A DNA stretch of 64,000 bases. Source: Takakia lepidozioides (taxonomy: Eukaryota; Plantae; Bryophyta). The notes below the pieces were generated by a model, which worked only from the letters and a program-made list of their open reading frames with translations, did no database searches and had not been told where the DNA came from. Positions 62,701-64,000 of the stretch are shown in pieces. Position numbers and translations under genes: made by a program. How positions within the stretch are numbered: the first letter of the stretch is position 1; every line of letters starts with the position of its first letter. Location: positions 13,764,001 to 13,828,000 of the forward strand of contig CM060734.1 of the NCBI GenBank assembly GCA_030704615.1, in the 5' to 3' direction.

Positions 62701-63228
62701 GGGAGGCCATTTATGTGATGGGGTCTGGTATGCACTCCCTTACGGGGTGAGTGCATACCACACTCACTCCATAAGGAGCTGCCATACCAGGGGATGGTTG
62801 GTGGGTTCCATCTCTCTCCCTCCCTCCATGGATCTGGCTGGTTCTCTTAAAACTTGATAGTTTAAGACCGGTGGTATGTTACCTAACCCCTAATTAACCT
62901 TCTTGGAATTTGGTTAATTTCGGTTATTTACATTACCCGGATTTTTGGTATAAGGTCGGGATCCTAATGGAGCCATCATATTATTTAATTTTTTCATCCA
63001 TAAATGGATGTCATCCTCAGAGGATGACACGGATGAAAAATCGATAGACAATTTACCTATTTTCCAAAATGGTAAGACATTGGTACATGTGAATAGAATG
63101 ATTCAGGCATTGTATTCAAGTTGCTTTAGGATAAATAATACCAAAGTAACCTGGTGGGACGAGCAATTCAGATTCTTTGTGTTTCCTATGGATGATTGCA
63201 TGGCATGTAAATCTGATTACAGCCTGTT
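59721..63228 (+). mobile_element. Non-autonomous Penelope-like relative, 1.4 tandem units of a 2506-bp monomer
   Basis: 1002-bp direct repeats 59721-60722 and 62227-63228; shares the pseudoknot (60220-60270, 62726-62776) and triple hairpin (61421-61515) with the autonomous element; no RT. Confidence 0.78.
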
Positions 63229-63480
63229 GGAAGTGCCAAGGAATGATGGAGTTTTTGTGTAACTGATTGCAGTTTAGTGGATGATGACCAAGCTAAGTCT
63301 TCTATTGTGGATGCAGTGGGATCCTCACACCCTTCAGGTCTTTTTCTGTCCCTCTCTCTGCCCCCTACTCTCTCCAGTTAATGTATTCTGAGGTTGTGGG
63401 TTTTGATTCTTACATCAAGCATGTATGGAAGAAGTGTTTTGGAATAGAGGCTGTGATTATTTCTTCTGTACTAATTTGTC

Positions 63481-63657
63481 GAAAAGAAGATTATGTTTGA
63501 CTTGGGTGGCACAGTTCTCCTGCCAGAGGGCCTGCTGCGGGAATTGCCGGATGCAGATGTGACGGATGTCTCCCTGTCGGGAGATGGCTCATTTGTTCAG
63601 CCTGGAGGAGATTTGGAAGAGTTGCAAAAGCAACTTGAAGCTTTGAATGCGTTTTGA
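63481..63657 (+). other. Possible terminal coding exon of an unidentified host gene
   Basis: Branch-point-like TACTAAT at ~63469, CACAG at 63510-63514, frame ending DLEELQKQLEALNAF*. Identity unknown. Confidence 0.3.
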
Positions 63658-64000
63658 CCAACATTATTGTTGTCTGGTTTCAATGAGTTTAAGGGTGACT
63701 TGTGTAATGTTTTTCTTCTTAGCCTTCATTACGTTGGGCAGTGTCGCATAGCGTGGCTGATTCAGTCGTAGATCCGTTCTACACCAATCCCCTAACCCTA
63801 ATAAGTACAATCATCCTCCGAACAACCATATTAAGTCAACGCAAGAGCTTCAGGTTTGTCACTCTCTTGTTCAGGTCTGACAGGGCAGCACACACATACA
63901 TAATAGCAGCTGGCAGCTGCAGCTTCACCATCTCCAGGCCACTATCCACTTCCCATTTGACCGTCACTGTGCCTGCCTCTTTATCAACTGGAACCTGCAC

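Noticed and set aside
63789-63801. CCCTAACCCTAA telomere seed
   Set aside because: Only two units; compatible with a telo-box-like motif or chance.

Overview
This is eukaryotic, transposon-saturated DNA, most likely from a non-seed land plant (PLS-type PPR fragments, OSB-like WWDNR exons, spliceosomal introns). No intact host gene is evident. The centrepiece is a complete 12,030-bp Ty3/Gypsy retrotransposon (5808-17837, minus strand, 4-bp TSD GCCA). Its polyprotein reads gag-PR-[C5 cytosine DNA methyltransferase]-RT-RNaseH-DDE integrase-PHD. Its ends are not two LTRs but a split arrangement, B-internal-PPT-A-B-A, with an internal palindromic GACA-GC-TGTC junction matching the true integration ends. 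Its PBS is self-complementary (Tf1-like) and covaries in a second family member. Two other partial members (611-3855, 20270-22495) share this architecture. The element sits inside a 5'-truncated non-LTR retrotransposon carrying chromodomain, PCIF1-like, RNase H, CCHC and restriction-like endonuclease domains. The middle of the window holds decayed Gypsy, MULE, CACTA and other transposase remnants plus a RING/coiled-coil ORF. The right third holds an apparently endonuclease-less, two-ORF Penelope-like (Naiad/Chlamys-type RT) element with 1.74-kb direct repeats, two solo copies of that repeat, and a non-autonomous relative sharing a pseudoknot and a triple-hairpin motif. Many single-base indels may be decay or long-read consensus error. 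Family assignments come from motif recognition only; no searches were run.
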